The notes below the pieces were generated by a model. It searched no databases. It saw only the letters and a list, made by a program, of their open reading frames with translations, and was not told the DNA's origin. From Chiloscyllium plagiosum (lineage: Eukaryota): a DNA stretch of 64,000 bases. Shown here in pieces: positions 38,757 to 52,397 of the stretch. The stretch covers positions 38,795,920 to 38,859,919 of the forward strand of contig NC_057730.1 of assembly GCF_004010195.1 (NCBI RefSeq). The letters run 5' to 3'. Within the stretch, counting starts at the first letter, position 1. The number at the start of each line of letters is the position of its first letter. Position numbers and translations under genes: made by a program.

Positions 38757-39362
38757 AGAGTCAAGAGTGTAGTGCTGGAAAAGCACAGCAGGTCAGGCAG
38801 CATCCGAGGAACAGGAGAATCGATGTTTTAGGACNNNNNNNNNAGGCTTGTGGGCCGGGGGGGCCGAGAGATAAATGGGAGGGGGGGGGGACCACGTGGG
38901 AAGGGAAATTGCAATGTTGGAAGAAGGAGGCCATCGGGGATTTTCTATGGTGGAATTGGTCATCCTAGGAACAGACCAGAGGAGGTGGAGGAATTGGGAA
39001 TAAGGGATGGTGTTTTAACAGGTGTAGAGTGGGAGGAGGTGTAGTCTAGGTAGCTGTGGGGGTTGGTGGGCTTGTAGTAGATGTCCATGTTGAGTCGGTT
39101 GCTGGAGATGGAGATGGAGAGGTCCTGGAAGGGGAGAGAGGTGACTGAGATGTTCCAGGTGAATTTGAGATCAGGGTGAAAGGCATTGGTGAAATTGATG
39201 AACTGTTCGACCTCCTTGTGGGAGCATGAGATAGCACTGATACAGCCATTGATGTAGCGGAGGAACAGGTGGAGAATGGTGCTAGTGTAGCTGCAGAAGG
39301 TGGACTGTTCCAAGGCAGGCATCGCTGGGGCCCATGCGTGCGTCCATGGCTTTCCCTTTGGT
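38757..39362 (-). mobile_element. Penelope-like RT fragment adjacent (across a gap) to a family B terminus
   Basis: LFLRYINGC (YIDD position), FHPDLKFTW, LPFQDLSI, DIYYKPTNPHSYLDYTSSH: the PLE RT/thumb signature. Confidence 0.88.
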
Positions 39363-39364
39363 CT

Positions 39365-39750
39365 GTAACTACTGGAGTTTAGAAGAATCAAAGGTAATTT
39401 CATTCAGACACACCAGTTTCTGAGAGTACTTGACTATGTAGATGGGGAAGGGATGTTTCCTGTTGTGGAGAGAATCTAGAACCGAGGATCAGAGTTTAAA
39501 AATAAGGGATCACCCATTTAAGGCAGAGATGAGAAAAGTTTTTCTCTCAGAAGGTTGAGAGTCTTTGGACTCCCCTTCTTCAATAGACACAGGATGCAGA
39601 ACCCTTAAATATTTTTAAGACAGAGGTAGATACATTTGTAATTACCAAGGGGATGAAAGATTATTGGGATATGCAACAAGTCAGACCCGTTGAATAAGAG
39701 AATAGACTCAAAGGGAAGAGTGATCTATTCTTGGTCCTTGTTTGTATTTT
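39365..39750 (+). mobile_element. Old CR1 3' end
   Basis: ctggagtttagaagaat...atttaaggcagagatgagaaaagtttttctctcag. Confidence 0.8.
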
Positions 39751-40658
39751 TGGGGTAGGCAGAGGAGACCTTCTGGGCCTTTGGATTAATAAACCCCAAG
39801 GCGACAGTGTGCAAAAGCATACGTAAACTAAAAGACAATACTGGAATGAATCCGAAAGCCCAGAACACCACAGCCAGACAAATTACTACTAATATACAAC
39901 ATTCCTAGTCCCCAAGACTACTGTCAGCTCTCCTAATAAATTTCTCTGCAAGTCAAACCTGTCCATTGGCATTATGCTGGTTCACGTACAATGCTTACAG
40001 TGAAGAGGAATGGTACAGATTTTTTAAAAATAACTGCTGGATTTATCGGTGATATGTTGACATGAGTGATGATGCTGATTTGGACTGGATTTGCAAAACA
40101 GACCAATTGCAAAGGAACGAGCCTTAATGGTTCAGTATCACGTGTAACACAGTATCAGGAAATGTTCAAAATATTTTATTTCAGTTGCTGCAATTGAACC
40201 TATGTTAAATTATTCACTGATTACAACAGTACTTAATGATTAATTAGGTATCATTAATCTCTAGTGATTTGCTTGATCACTGCATGTCCCTAGTAGTAGC
40301 ATATATTTTCGGTGGACTAAATAATTTAACAGTTTTGTCACTGAAATTGCTTACTGCAGTCAATTACAGATCTCTAACACAATGTGGTCATCTTCAATGG
40401 ACAATGGATTTGCCACAATTTGTGTGCACTTATTCAGCACTTACCCGACTGAGTCTCCTTAAGTGCCCAACTTGTAAAGTTCTATTCAAGTCAAAAGGAA
40501 CCATGTTCCCCAATTCAGAGCACCATTATAGGATTGTATGTCCTCCTCATGTTGTGCTTGTAAATTGACAAATTCTAGTGAAAGGACAGGACATGGTAAC
40601 AGTTCAAACAATAGGCACAGATGAAGAAGTTGGCTGGAACGTCCATTTTCCGTCACCA

Positions 40659-41000
40659 GGGTGGCACGGTGGCTCAGTGGTTAGCACTGCTGCCTCACAG
40701 TGACAGGGACCTGGGCTTGATTACACCCTCAGGTGACTGTCTGTGTAGAATTTGCACATTCTACCTGTGTCTGCATGGGTTTCCTCTGAGTGCTCCAGTT
40801 TCCTCCCACAGTCCAAAAGTGTGCAGTTTAGGTGGATTGACCATGCTAAATTGCACATAGTGTTCAGGGATGTGCCGGCAAGATGGATTAGCCATGGGGA
40901 ATGCAGGGTGACAGGTTACAGTGGGTCCAGGTGAGATGCTCTTTGGAGAGATGGTGTGGAGGGGCTAAATGGCCTGCTACCATACTGTAGGGATTCTATA
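40659..41000 (+). mobile_element. HE1-like SINE
   Basis: ggtggcacggtggctcagtggttagcactgctgcctcacag...ctgtagggattctat. Confidence 0.9.
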
Positions 41001-41673
41001 AAAGAAAAGGTCACAATGGCTGCAGTGTGTATTATCTGCAGGATGCATTGCAACAAATCACCACTAATTCATTGACAGCACATCCCAAAACTGCACACTC
41101 TATCAATTAGGAAGATAAGGTCAGTAGCTACACAGAAAAAATATAACTCCTATATTACTACACCTTGCTATAAAAAATGCACATCTAGAGTGCATTCCTT
41201 ACATTTCCCAATTGCAGTCATGGTAAGATTGTGAAGTGATCTCTCAGAGGGAATCTGTTCACAGGCACTGGTGATGACAGCAGGAGTAGAGCAAAGTAGT
41301 CACCGGGTTTCCTCAGTAAAATAACCCTTAACATCCTTGCAGCGAAGATCATCCCACATTGTCAAAGCTCACTTCCACATCAAAACTGAGATCTGATTCA
41401 ATTTAGCCAAGCACAATATAAAGAACTGACGATTATTATTAGGATTAAATGAGAACTTAACCGTCAGGAAAAACTGACCAAAATTGGGTTCTTGAGAAGT
41501 GATCTGATAAAGACTGCAAAAATTATAAAGGGGTTTCACAGAGCAGACAAAGAGATGATATTTTCTTGTGTAAGGATTTTATAAGAAACTCGTTTATTCA
41601 TAGAGTGGTGAGACTGTGGAACGTATAGCCACACAGACAGTTGAGGGGAGTAGCATTAGATATATTTACGGGA

Positions 41674-42510
41674 TGCTATGATCTTAGCTGTTAAGACAAC
41701 TGAGCAAGCCAGATCCCAGAATGAAACCTGGCTTGACAGAGCATATGTTAATTTGTTTTGTGTTATTAGTTAATGTGGTGGTTAATCACTGAGAAATATT
41801 GACACGAGGCTGCTGACCTTCTTTAACAACAGAACGGAAAATTGTCTTTAAAAAAAACAAACTATTGAAATACATACAGCAGATAGGATGAGCTCAAGAT
41901 GAACAACAAAACATGTTTCTCCTGTTTCCCAATGCTATCTGTTACGGAGACTTGAGTGCAGAGAAATGGCACGCCCTATCTTAAATCCTGAATGTTCTGT
42001 TTGACTAGCTGCTTCTAGTGTCCTTTTCCTTTTCACTGTAAAAATAATCATCAAGTCCATACTAAACCTGCCAAAGTGAACTTTACAGAAATTTGCTAGT
42101 CTAACCTTTCTCGGTTCTAATAACTTGTAAATATCTAACTAACTTCACCTGGTTTGTAAATTTCGTTAAATACACTGTTCTGCTCAGGTGTCTGGTCACC
42201 GAACCATCCTCAGCTACTCCAAGCAGCAAAACTAAACTACCTTCTAAACTCAACATAAATGCTTTCTGAACTGAATTCCAAAAATGTCTGCTCAGTGTTC
42301 TGAACTGAAATGAAATGAACAGCCTTGTGTATTTACTCTATCAGTTATAAACACACAATATGAACCCATTGATACTACACAATGCTACTGTTCCAGGAAA
42401 ACTTTCAAACGTCGCTTCTATTTATAAAGAAAGGCCACAACACCCACATGCATCTATTCTGAAATCCAGATCCAAAAATGATATTAATGTGTTATGCAGC
42501 TTCTATCACA
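41674..42510. mobile_element. Putative solo LTR inserted in an old CR1 3' end
   Basis: TG...CA ends (tgctatgatc...ctatcaca); CR1-like flanks at 41490-41670 and 42510-42650; related copy near 18.3 kb. Confidence 0.45.
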
Positions 42511-43322
42511 GGGTAAACCAAGGAAGTACGAAATAGGAGGAGGATATTCCTGATTGGGTAAACTGAAGTGTGTTCAGAGGGGGCTCATGGGGGCCATAAA
42601 CACTGATGTAGATCAGTTAGGCCATTCCTATCCTGTAAATTCTGTGTAATTCAATGCATCAGAAAAAGATTATGCAACAAAAGGTCAATATATTTGGAAA
42701 CTAAATTATTCAGGTAAGTTTGCAAGGATTCTTGAAATAATTCTGAAGAGGAATAGGCTGGCAGGCAGTACACTTGAAGAGGCCCTTGTGCTTTCTCAAC
42801 AACAGTGAAATTGTAGCTTCACAACAAGTGTAGGTGGTGGAACCGATCTTGATAATTTTATGAAGGCTCTGTTTAGCTTTTAATAAGACTGTAGATTTAT
42901 GTTCAGTCACCATCCATGATTGTTCGCCTTTCATGTCAGTATCTCTGATGTAGATGACTGAAAAGGTTTTGAAGCCTATGTTTAATATTGTGCATTTTAC
43001 AACAGTTCTCAATTGATTGCTCGACATTTATTCATATCTTCACTGCAATCGGATACAAAAAGTGGGCTCATTGTTGTTGGTGAATAATAGGCAGGAAAAC
43101 TATTTAGATCAATGACTGACAGGCTGTTTCCTTTATCATCTATTGTCGATAAAACTTGCCCAGTTGAGCAAATCCTTGTTTTGATATTTCAGCATTTCAT
43201 GGGAGTGAATGGATGATAGACTATCTTTGTAAATGTTCAGCATGACATAACACATTGAGCCTGCAATGTAATATTCCATTGTGGTGTAAAATAGGTCAGG
43301 ATAGCAAGTTCTTCTCTTAAGT

Positions 43323-44052
43323 CAGGTTGTAAGTTTGCTTGCTGAGTTAGTAGGTTTGTTTTCAGAAGTTTCCTCACCATGCTAGGTAACATCAGTGAGC
43401 CTCCATTGAAACACTGGTGTTCTGTCCCACTTTCTGTTTATGTGTCTTGGTCTGTTAAGGTGGATGATATTATTTCCAGTTCTTTTTCTCAGAGGTTGGT
43501 AAATGGGGTCCAAATTGATGTGTTTATTGATGGAGTTTCCACTGTAACAGCTACCAATGAACCTAAAGGAGCCTGTACCAACAACAAGCAAGACAAATGT
43601 CATTCACAAAATACCCTGCAAGGACTGCAGCAAAACTACATTGGACAGACAGGCAGGAGACTAGCCATTAGGATACACGAACACCAACTAGCCACCAAAA
43701 GACATGACCCACTATCACGAGCATCCTTACATACAGACAAAGAAGGACACCAGTTCGACTCGGACAACATATCCATCCTCAGACAGGCTAAACAGAGACA
43801 TTCATGAGAATTTCTAGAGGTCTGGCATTCAAACCAGAACTCCATCGATTTGGACCCCATTTACCAACCTCTGAGAAAAAGAACTGGAAATGATATCACC
43901 CACCTTAACAGACCAAGACTCATAAATAGGAAGTGGGACAGAACACCAGTGCTTCACCGGAAGCTCACTGATGATGCTACCCGGCATGGTGACGAAACCT
44001 CTGAGAACAAATCTACCAGCTCAGCTAGCAAACTTACAACCTGAACTACAAA
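43323..44052 (+). mobile_element. Truncated Penelope element, family C: inverted pseudo-LTR, GIY-YIG domain, pseudo-LTR
   Basis: NYIGQTGRRLAIRIHEHQLATKRHD; ~190-bp inverted terminal copies; TSD tctcttaagt at 43313-43322 and 44053-44062. Confidence 0.92.
43964..44005 (+). ncRNA. Minimal hammerhead motif (family C, one core-adjacent mutation)
   Basis: cuca-CUGAUGA-u-GCUACC-cggcau-GGUGAC-GAA-ACCU-C^-ugag; 4-bp stem I. Confidence 0.6.
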
Positions 44053-44069
44053 TCTCTTAAGTGGAAGGC

Positions 44070-44220
44070 ATCAGAGGGTCACAGGATGCAAAGAAAGCTC
44101 AAAGTAGATACTTTCAATCATCCTGTTCAGACATGTATGACCTGGGTTGGGAGCAGGTGGGACTTGAACCCAGGATTTCTGATCAAGAGGTTGGGCATTG
44201 CCACTTTAGCACAAGAGTCC
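44070..44220 (-). mobile_element. Old tRNA-derived SINE head
   Basis: Reverse complement has gctaaagtgg...cctgggttcaagtccc (B box). Confidence 0.5.
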
Positions 44221-44820
44221 TAGAAAAAGACATTATCTTGGCCTGGATATCTTTCTATTAGCTAACCAGTGATTAGACATCAATTAACTCAATTGGCTGG
44301 TTTGCAATCCAAAGTGATACTAACAGCATGATCTCAATTCTCAGGAGTCCACTTGTCACAGTCTGCGAATCAGATAAAACCCCATTAATGCGTATGCTGT
44401 ATTTTCTACCAGCCTGCCAACCTTCCATCCATTCTTATATATCCTGAAGGGGATAGAGAAAGGTAGGGAAATTGTGGAAAGGATTGTTTAGGGAAGCAAC
44501 AGAGATAGCAGTTTCAAGAGAGAACTGGACTGGTAGTTAATATAAAAATGGGTAAACAGATATTGGAGACAGAGTGGGAATGGGGGAGGGCGTTTGAATT
44601 TTGTAAATGTTTCCATTTCAGCTCTCCTTACGATAGTTCTTGGACTTCAGGGATTACAAGAACAAAATGCATGCATCCTCAGTAAAGATTTTTCCTTGAC
44701 TTGACTGCAATTTTACACAAAACCCCTACAACAAGGTTAACGGGTGATTATATGAATTACAACAACTTAAACCTTTCTGTGATTTGAATTTGGAAGTTGG
44801 AAATTGAAATTTGCAGTTAC

Positions 44821-45047
44821 CCGGATAGCTGGCTGTTGAGTTCTTGCTGTTGAGAGTAGACCTGGATCATGAGGCGACTGGTCTCTGTTTGCAGTACTGA
44901 CTTCAGTAATTACACTCCAGTGTCATCCTCCATTTATGATGATTCATATCCAAATCCAAATATCACACATACACCTCCTGATGTCATCCTGCTGATTTAA
45001 CAACATATTTATCCTCGGTTTGTTCCATCTCCTCATCTAGACGAGCC
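44821..45047 (-). other. Candidate exon (ARLDEEMEQTEDKYVVKSAG* then non-coding)
   Basis: Acceptor ttgttttctgttccccag; possible donor gg/gtaact; peptide not recognised. Confidence 0.25.
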
Positions 45048-47539
45048 CTGGGGAACAGAAAACAATACAATCCCTACCCAAACGTGGGCGATTCCTGGCT
45101 CCTGGATTGGTGGATGTGTGAATGCTCCTTCTGTACCATTGCTTATAGTGTGTCTTCTAGTATCTTCATAAAGTATCAAGTTAAATCCCGGAGAATTTAA
45201 ATTCTTAATTAAATAAGTTACAGTGAAGGTAATGGTTACCCAGGAAAAGTTAGACAGATAAAAACCTAGTCTAACCCCTGGGTAACTTTTAACCTACCCT
45301 ATAACTTGCTATGCATACTCCCAACTGCACATCCCTCAGACCCCTTGCACCAATCTGGACCTGATCATTCCAAACATGCTCCCCCCACCCTCAGGGCCCA
45401 ACTACCCACATCCCGCTCCACCCAAACCAATACAGACCTGACACCCCACCACACCGCTGGATCCAATACCCACCTGTACTCCCAGGACACAACGCGAACT
45501 TTGCACAAAACCTGGGGACCTCTCTCATTGCTGAACTCAACATTCCCCACCTCCGTCTGGGACTAGCTAATCACTGTCTCCCCTGGATGTGATATCGTCC
45601 TTTCCCTGGACCCAATAACCTACTCCGGAGACCCGACAATCCTCTCCCCCGGATCTCAATGCCTTTTTCACCCTGGACTTGAAGGCAGTTGGTGTCCACC
45701 TGAACACAGCACCCACCCCATGCTGCCAGTTCAAGAAAGCAGTTCATCACCACCTTCTCAAGGGCAATAAATGCTGGCTAACCACCCATGCCCATATCCT
45801 ACGAGTTAATATGTATAAAAAATCAAAGTGGTTGGCTGTGTTGCTGGACACTTAAAACAAAAAATGCTACTGCCATAAGGAAGGGGACATGTTTTGCTTT
45901 CCTTGGGCTATCCTGCATCACAAAGAGCCTATTAGATTTATGCTATACAGTACCCTGCATGTCCACAGGAGCCATGATCACAGTCCACTGCTGGAGACTC
46001 AAACCTCTGTTTTAGCAGAAGAAACTAGTAGGGTAAGGACAATCTGATGATGATTGCCACACCTTGGAAAATACCTCCCAATGTTACTCTCATTCTTCTT
46101 AGTGGCTGGAGATTCAGTTGCTTCACACCTTTGTAAGGTTAACCACTGCATACCTGTCTCACACAAACTACTGCATGTTGTGTCGAAGTTTTGTTCTTCA
46201 TAATTTACACTTTGAGGTCATGTTTAATGTTTTGCGCTGTTCTTTTCTGGATCTAACAATTTTTACAGTTTGGGAGTGGTCTTGTTCTTCAATTTTAAGT
46301 TCTTCCAGGGATAGTGTTGTGATCTCTTGTGACCTGCATACTCTTGCAAACCCAGGAAATTTCGCTCTGCTTGCAAAATTCATCAAAATTAAAGAGAAAT
46401 AGCTTGCAGTTGTATAGCCCTTTTCATGACTGGAGCCGAGGTAAGTAAAACATTGTGTGAAACAAAAGGTTAAAATTTGGAATGCATTATCTGGGCGCGT
46501 AGTAGAAGCAGCTTTCATCATAGCTTCCACAAGGAATTGGACAATTTTCTGAAGAGAGAAAAGAAAATCAACATGATTTGGACTAAAGGCAGCAGCATAG
46601 AACTAGCTGAGCTGCTCTTATGGAGAACAACCACAAAAATTATGGATCACCCTCCTTCTGTTTTATCACCCCATGGCTGTGGTTTAGAGCCACCCTCTAA
46701 TCACAGAGCAAGCAGCTTATTGAGGGGCTGATGTTAAAATTGAATGGGATATTGAGGTAGAGTTTAAACACCCCCACTGGCATTTTGTCAAAGACAAGTG
46801 TCCTCCCATTTGAGGACAATTGACGCCTCTTTGGTTTATGTCATTCATTCACGGAATGTGGGCATCATTGGCTAGGCCAATACTTATTGCACATCACTAA
46901 CTGCTGTTGAGAAGGTAGTGGTGAGCTGTATCTTGAACTGCTGCCGTCCATGTGGTGCAGGTACATCCAGAGTGCAGTCAGGGAGGGAGTTCAGTGACCA
47001 ATTAATGGTCATTTAAGGAATAATTCAAGCACCCATTAGTATTATCCCAGAGGTGATATGATGCAGAAGGAGGCCATTTGGATCGTCATGCCTTCACCCC
47101 AACCTCATTAAATGAACATCGTTAGCTACTTCACCAATGATGATATCCGATGCCACATGCCAAAGTGCTCAGGGATACCCTGGCAGTCTGACTGCAAGCA
47201 TGGGGAATGGGTGTGTCTTGTTTGCACACATGAAGGGCCCTGAAAATGGTAAGGGGCACCCTTGCTAAGTCTCTCAATTTCTCACCCTCACAACATTTCC
47301 TGAAACTTTCCCTGCAAGCCCATCCCAACTATGTCCACTTCAAGCCTTCACTGGTTTTCCTAGCTGCATTCCCTGACAGCTCTTGGAGGTGGGACATCCA
47401 GCGTCAAGTGGCTTGGACCCACAACCTCTGGCAATTAAATATCTGTGGACCATCAAATCCATCTGGGTTGGAGATGGGCTTGACCCTGACTTTCTAGCTA
47501 GTAGATAGGACCAGCACCTCCATGTTAAATCCCTCTCTG

Positions 47540-47860
47540 TGATCCTAAGACCTCAGAACTTCTCAAAGCACTATGCAATCAAGGAAAAGCTTTTGAGATG
47601 TAGCCACATGAATGCAGGCAATGTAGCAGCCAATTTGTATGCAACAGCAATAAGATAAAGGATCAATTCCTCTGGCATGTGAATTGAGGGATAAACATTG
47701 GTCCAGGCATTAAGAGAATTCTCCTGCTCTTCTTCCAATAGTGTTGCTGAATCTTTTACATCAACATGAGAAAACAGAAAGGGCCTTGGTTTCAGCTCTT
47801 ATCTGAAAGAGGAAACTCCAATAGTGCTTTGCAGAGTGGGGTTCCAATATTTCTTCAAGC
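47540..47860 (-). mobile_element. Deu-domain SINE
   Basis: gcagccaatttgt...ttgagggataaacattggtccagg...gagaattctcctgctcttcttccaatagtg. Confidence 0.65.
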
Positions 47861-50800
47861 TTCTGGCATCAAAAAAGTCTATAAAATTAGTGTAACATGA
47901 AGACAAAAGGAGAGAAAAAGATTGCTAATTTTTGTTGCAAATTAGTTCAATTAACTGTAATAAAGACAATTAAATAATTCTATTAGCCACTTTGTCTTAT
48001 CTATAAAAGTTTCACAGAAACATTGGGTGGCTCAATGAAAATCTCTTTATATATTGCACTTGTATATATTGTCTTATACACAAGAAAATATCTCACTGTA
48101 GCCCTTCAACGGTATTTTGTCATCCTGGAGCATAGGATTATAGTAAGTATTTTTGCTGTGGACTTGGTCCTTTGTCCCTGCCTTTTGTGGGCTCTTAATT
48201 AGATGCAACTTAATAAGATAGTTTTTAACCACAATCTAATTCAAGACTCAAGAGGATGAATGGTTTACTTCCATACCCGTCCTTCCCATGGAAGGGAAAC
48301 TAACAAATGAGTAATATTGGACTCACTAAGAGATTGTGTAAAACAAGTTTGGATTGTTTTCCTTTGTGATCTACATCAAATATATCCTCATAGAAAGGCA
48401 GCAATCATGGTGCATCCTGAGCTGTATTCCTATATTATTTCTTAATAGTGCAATGGATTACAGGATAAGCTAACAAGAAGGACAGCACAGAAACAAACAT
48501 TTGTTGAGTATGATGACGTCTTCCTGTCCTAAACAAGAATTTTTCTATCCTTTTGTTACACTCACGCTTCAGGGGTAGACACAACCTTTGGTTGCTAAAT
48601 TCAATGTCTCTGTGTTGAATGCTTTTGGTCTTTGTCTCTTTCTACTCTCGCTTTATCCTACCACAGATTCCATCACTTACAGCGTAGCTCAGGAAGTTCC
48701 TTCCACTAAGATTGAATTGTGCTGAAGCTAAATGACAATCATACATCACAAAATATGCCTCCTTTTTGGCTTGATATCCAGCTTTTCTTTTATGACTCTA
48801 AAACATGCCTAATAGCTTTTTCTTTTATAAACAAGTATCTTGGATTAGCTAAAAGAATTATGAGGTGCATACTTGCAATTCATCTTCCAACAAGTACCAT
48901 AATAATGAAATTTCAGAATCGTGGTATCTGAAGGAAGTGTTGATCAGCATTGTCCTAACAGCCAAGACTTCATCTTCATACATCAGTTCCTAGACAACTC
49001 AGCCTATTTGACTTAAGCTGTAAACAATATTACTCTTTGTCGTATTGAACCAGAGACAGTTTAGTTCCATACAAACACTCGTTTCTTCCCCTTCAGAAAT
49101 AACAAAGCATACACAGAAAGACCTGCTTTACATCATTGCCAGGAATGAGTTCTTAATGAACCAAATTTTGAGTATGGCGATTGAGCTTAGATAATGTCTT
49201 CCAATGATTCAACAAGAGTTTTGGAGAGATTTGCACAAATTACACCAGTGCATCAAATGTCTTAAAGTTCCATCAAAATCTTGTCAGCACATCAAACAGA
49301 TACTTAGAAATATGTATCTCTCATTGAAGAAATGATAGTCAGTGTATCTTTTCACAAAGCATCAGAGCTTTTCAGTTTTACTATAAATGGTCTGTATCTT
49401 TCGTTAAGTATACACTGGATTCTTAGTCTTTCATAGTGTTTGACATTAATATCCTTTTATTTAACCAGAGCTGTCACAGTGTATGGAAATAATACTGTCT
49501 ATTCACCTTTTCACAGGCTCACTTCAGACAAAAAAAGGTAGTTAAATTTAGATTAAATTTACCTAAAGCATGCACTACCAGAACTCATGGACACAGTTCA
49601 CTTCATCTTCCATAAATATATGAAGAGGAAATATGGATGCAATTTAGTTTCTATACTTAAATAAAGCAATTTTTTTGGCATTTGGAGAATTGGTAGAAAG
49701 CTTTGTCTTTCCATTATGTAGTTTTGTGCAACTCAACGCAGAATTCTTTCAATTAATTCTAGCTTAATTCGAAGAGTGTAACTGTATGTCGATACTGCCT
49801 GTATTTTAGCTATTGGGCTGTGGCTCCTCATCAGTTCATATCCTAGTCACCAAATCATATACTTATTACAATACAACGACCCTGTATTTAATTAGGTATT
49901 GAACCAAAATCCACACTGTAAAATATCATCACGATCAGAAAGAAGAGGGGATAAGAGATACACTCTTATACCATGAGATTAGATACAAATAATGCCAAAC
50001 AGAAAACACTGATTTTTTAAAAAAATTTCAACAATGTTCTAAGATTGGTTTCTGCTGCAACTAGACAACTTCTTGGTGCATCTCTGTGAGATGTTAATAT
50101 TGTCAGGTTTGACATTGAAGTGAGGTGTTGACAAAGTCACCACATTGATGATGAACAGATGATTTAATATCTCTCAAAAGAGCCAACCAAGAGTGAGTGA
50201 CACCACCTTGTTTATGGCAAAGAGAATTCTAAAATATCTCCAAAGCACCTCTCTTCTGTAATTGAACTGCATGCTGAGATAATGCAATTGCTTTTATACC
50301 AGAACTCTCACAGCCTTAAGTATTTTTTGAACTTTGATGTTTTCTTGGGTTTTCTTGTGACCTGAAGTGAATTTCATGTGCCCTGTAATCTGGAACCTGT
50401 CCTCTTCTGTCTAAGATGTAGAATAACATGTTCAGGGACTTGGAACAGGGAACCCTGAGTATCAATTCAACCAGTAAAAGTTTTATTTTAAAATAAAACA
50501 TGTGATGAAAAAGAAGACAACTTAAAACTGAGAGCAGTCACTCTTCTTAGAAATAAAAAGTAATAAAGATGCCAATTTTGTAAGTGCATATGCATTTCTT
50601 GTTGCAGACTTTCTTGGTAATGCCATTGCTGGCCCACTTCACACCATGTTGGGAGAGAGAGGAAGGCTGAACCTTCTTTCCAACTCCCTGAAGTCAATTA
50701 GATGGTGTGAGTTTGGATCTCCAATGCTGTCCATTAAAATTACTACTCCTGGCAGAATACTTATCCTGTTGTGTGAGCCTTTCCAGTATGCCAAGTGCCA

Positions 50801-51970
50801 GTATGCCAAGTGAATTCAGCCAATTCATTCATTCCAAGCGATACCAAGGAACAGCTCAGCTGGGCCTCTGGGGCCAGAATCTAGAAGCAGCAAAAGCACT
50901 GAAGACCTCTGCTGCAAGTTTGCAGTGCCCATAATCAAGCTTTTCTAGTATAACCACAGCACTGGCATGTGCCTAACAATGAGGACGAATCAAACCTGAC
51001 CAATTACTGCCCTATCATCAGCTAACTAATTGAAGGCAGTCATAACCACTGCTCTCAAGTAGTACTTGGAAAGGAATAGGTTGCTCTCTGATGTTCAGTA
51101 TGGCTTCCAGGTTTGGCCACTCAGCTCCTGACCTCATTACACTATTTGTCCAAACATGGACAACAGGGCTGAATTCTAGAGGATAGATAAGAGTGACAGT
51201 CTCTGACATCAGAGAGAGTGTGGTATCAATGAGCCCTCACAAACCTGCAGACAATGGGAATCCAGGGGAAATCTCCTTGCTGGTTGGAGTCATACCTAGC
51301 AGAAAGGAAGATAGCTGTAGTTATTGGCGGTCAATCAGCTCAGCTCCAAGGCATTACCATAGGAATTTTTCAAGGTAGTGTCCTAGGCTTAAACATCTGC
51401 AGCTGCTTCATCAATGACCTTCGATCCATCTTAAGGTCAGAAATGAGTTATTCTCTGATGACTGCACAATGTTCAGTAGCGTTCACAATTCCTCAGATAT
51501 TGAAATAGTCCATATCCAAATACAGCAAGACCTATGTAATATTGAGGCTTAAACAGTGGCAAGTAACGTTCATACCATTCCAGAGCCAAGCAATGACCTC
51601 CGCCAACAAGAGAGAATCTAATTATTGCACCTTTACATTCAATGGCATTACAGTTGCTGAATTCCCCAGTAACAACATCCTGGATGTTACCATTAACTAG
51701 AAACTGATCTGGTCCAGCCATGTGAATAAACAGTGGCTACAAGAGCAGATCATTAGGAATCTGACAATTAGTAACTCATCTTCTGACTTCCCAAAGACTG
51801 TCCACTATCTACAAGGCACAAGTCAGGAATGTTACTTCCTACCAAGTGGATGATTGCAGCTCTAACAATATTCAAGAAGTTTGATACCATCCAAAGACAA
51901 AGCAACTCACTAGACTGGTACCATATCCACTGCTTCCTTCTTTGCCTTCACCCCTAACACACAGTGGCTG

Positions 51971-52397
51971 TGATTTGGAGATACCGGTGTTGGACTGGGG
52001 TGTACAAAGTTAAAAATCACACAACTCCAGGTTATAGTCTAACAGGTTTAATTGGAAGCACTAGCTTTCGGAGCGACGCTCCTTCATCAGGTGGTTGTGG
52101 AGAACACAATTGTAAGGCACAGAATTTATAGCAAAAGTTTACAGTGTGATGTAACTGAAATTATAAATTGAAAAATACCTTTATTGTTGAGTCTTTCATC
52201 TGTTCGAGTACCATGATAGTTTCACTTCTTTCATGTGTATATCACAAAACTTTTTTTTTTAAAAGTTGCATTCTCAGGTTAACTGTAACAATTCGTGTTA
52301 GCTGGACAATATGTTGAAGGTGTTCTCTGTCTGTGCCATGATGTTTAGATTGATACTAATCTAAAAAGTGAGGTAACCGAGTTTACATGAATTCATG
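51971..52397 (-). mobile_element. PLE family A 3' end (terminal repeat plus UTR)
   Basis: Matches 29231-29680 and 28826-28980. Confidence 0.9.
52059..52093 (-). ncRNA. Minimal hammerhead motif (family A, intact)
   Basis: Reverse complement: cac-CUGAUGA-a-GGAGC-guc-GCUCC-GAA-AGCU-A^-gug; loop II differs from the 28.9 kb copy while the stem is retained. Confidence 0.7.
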
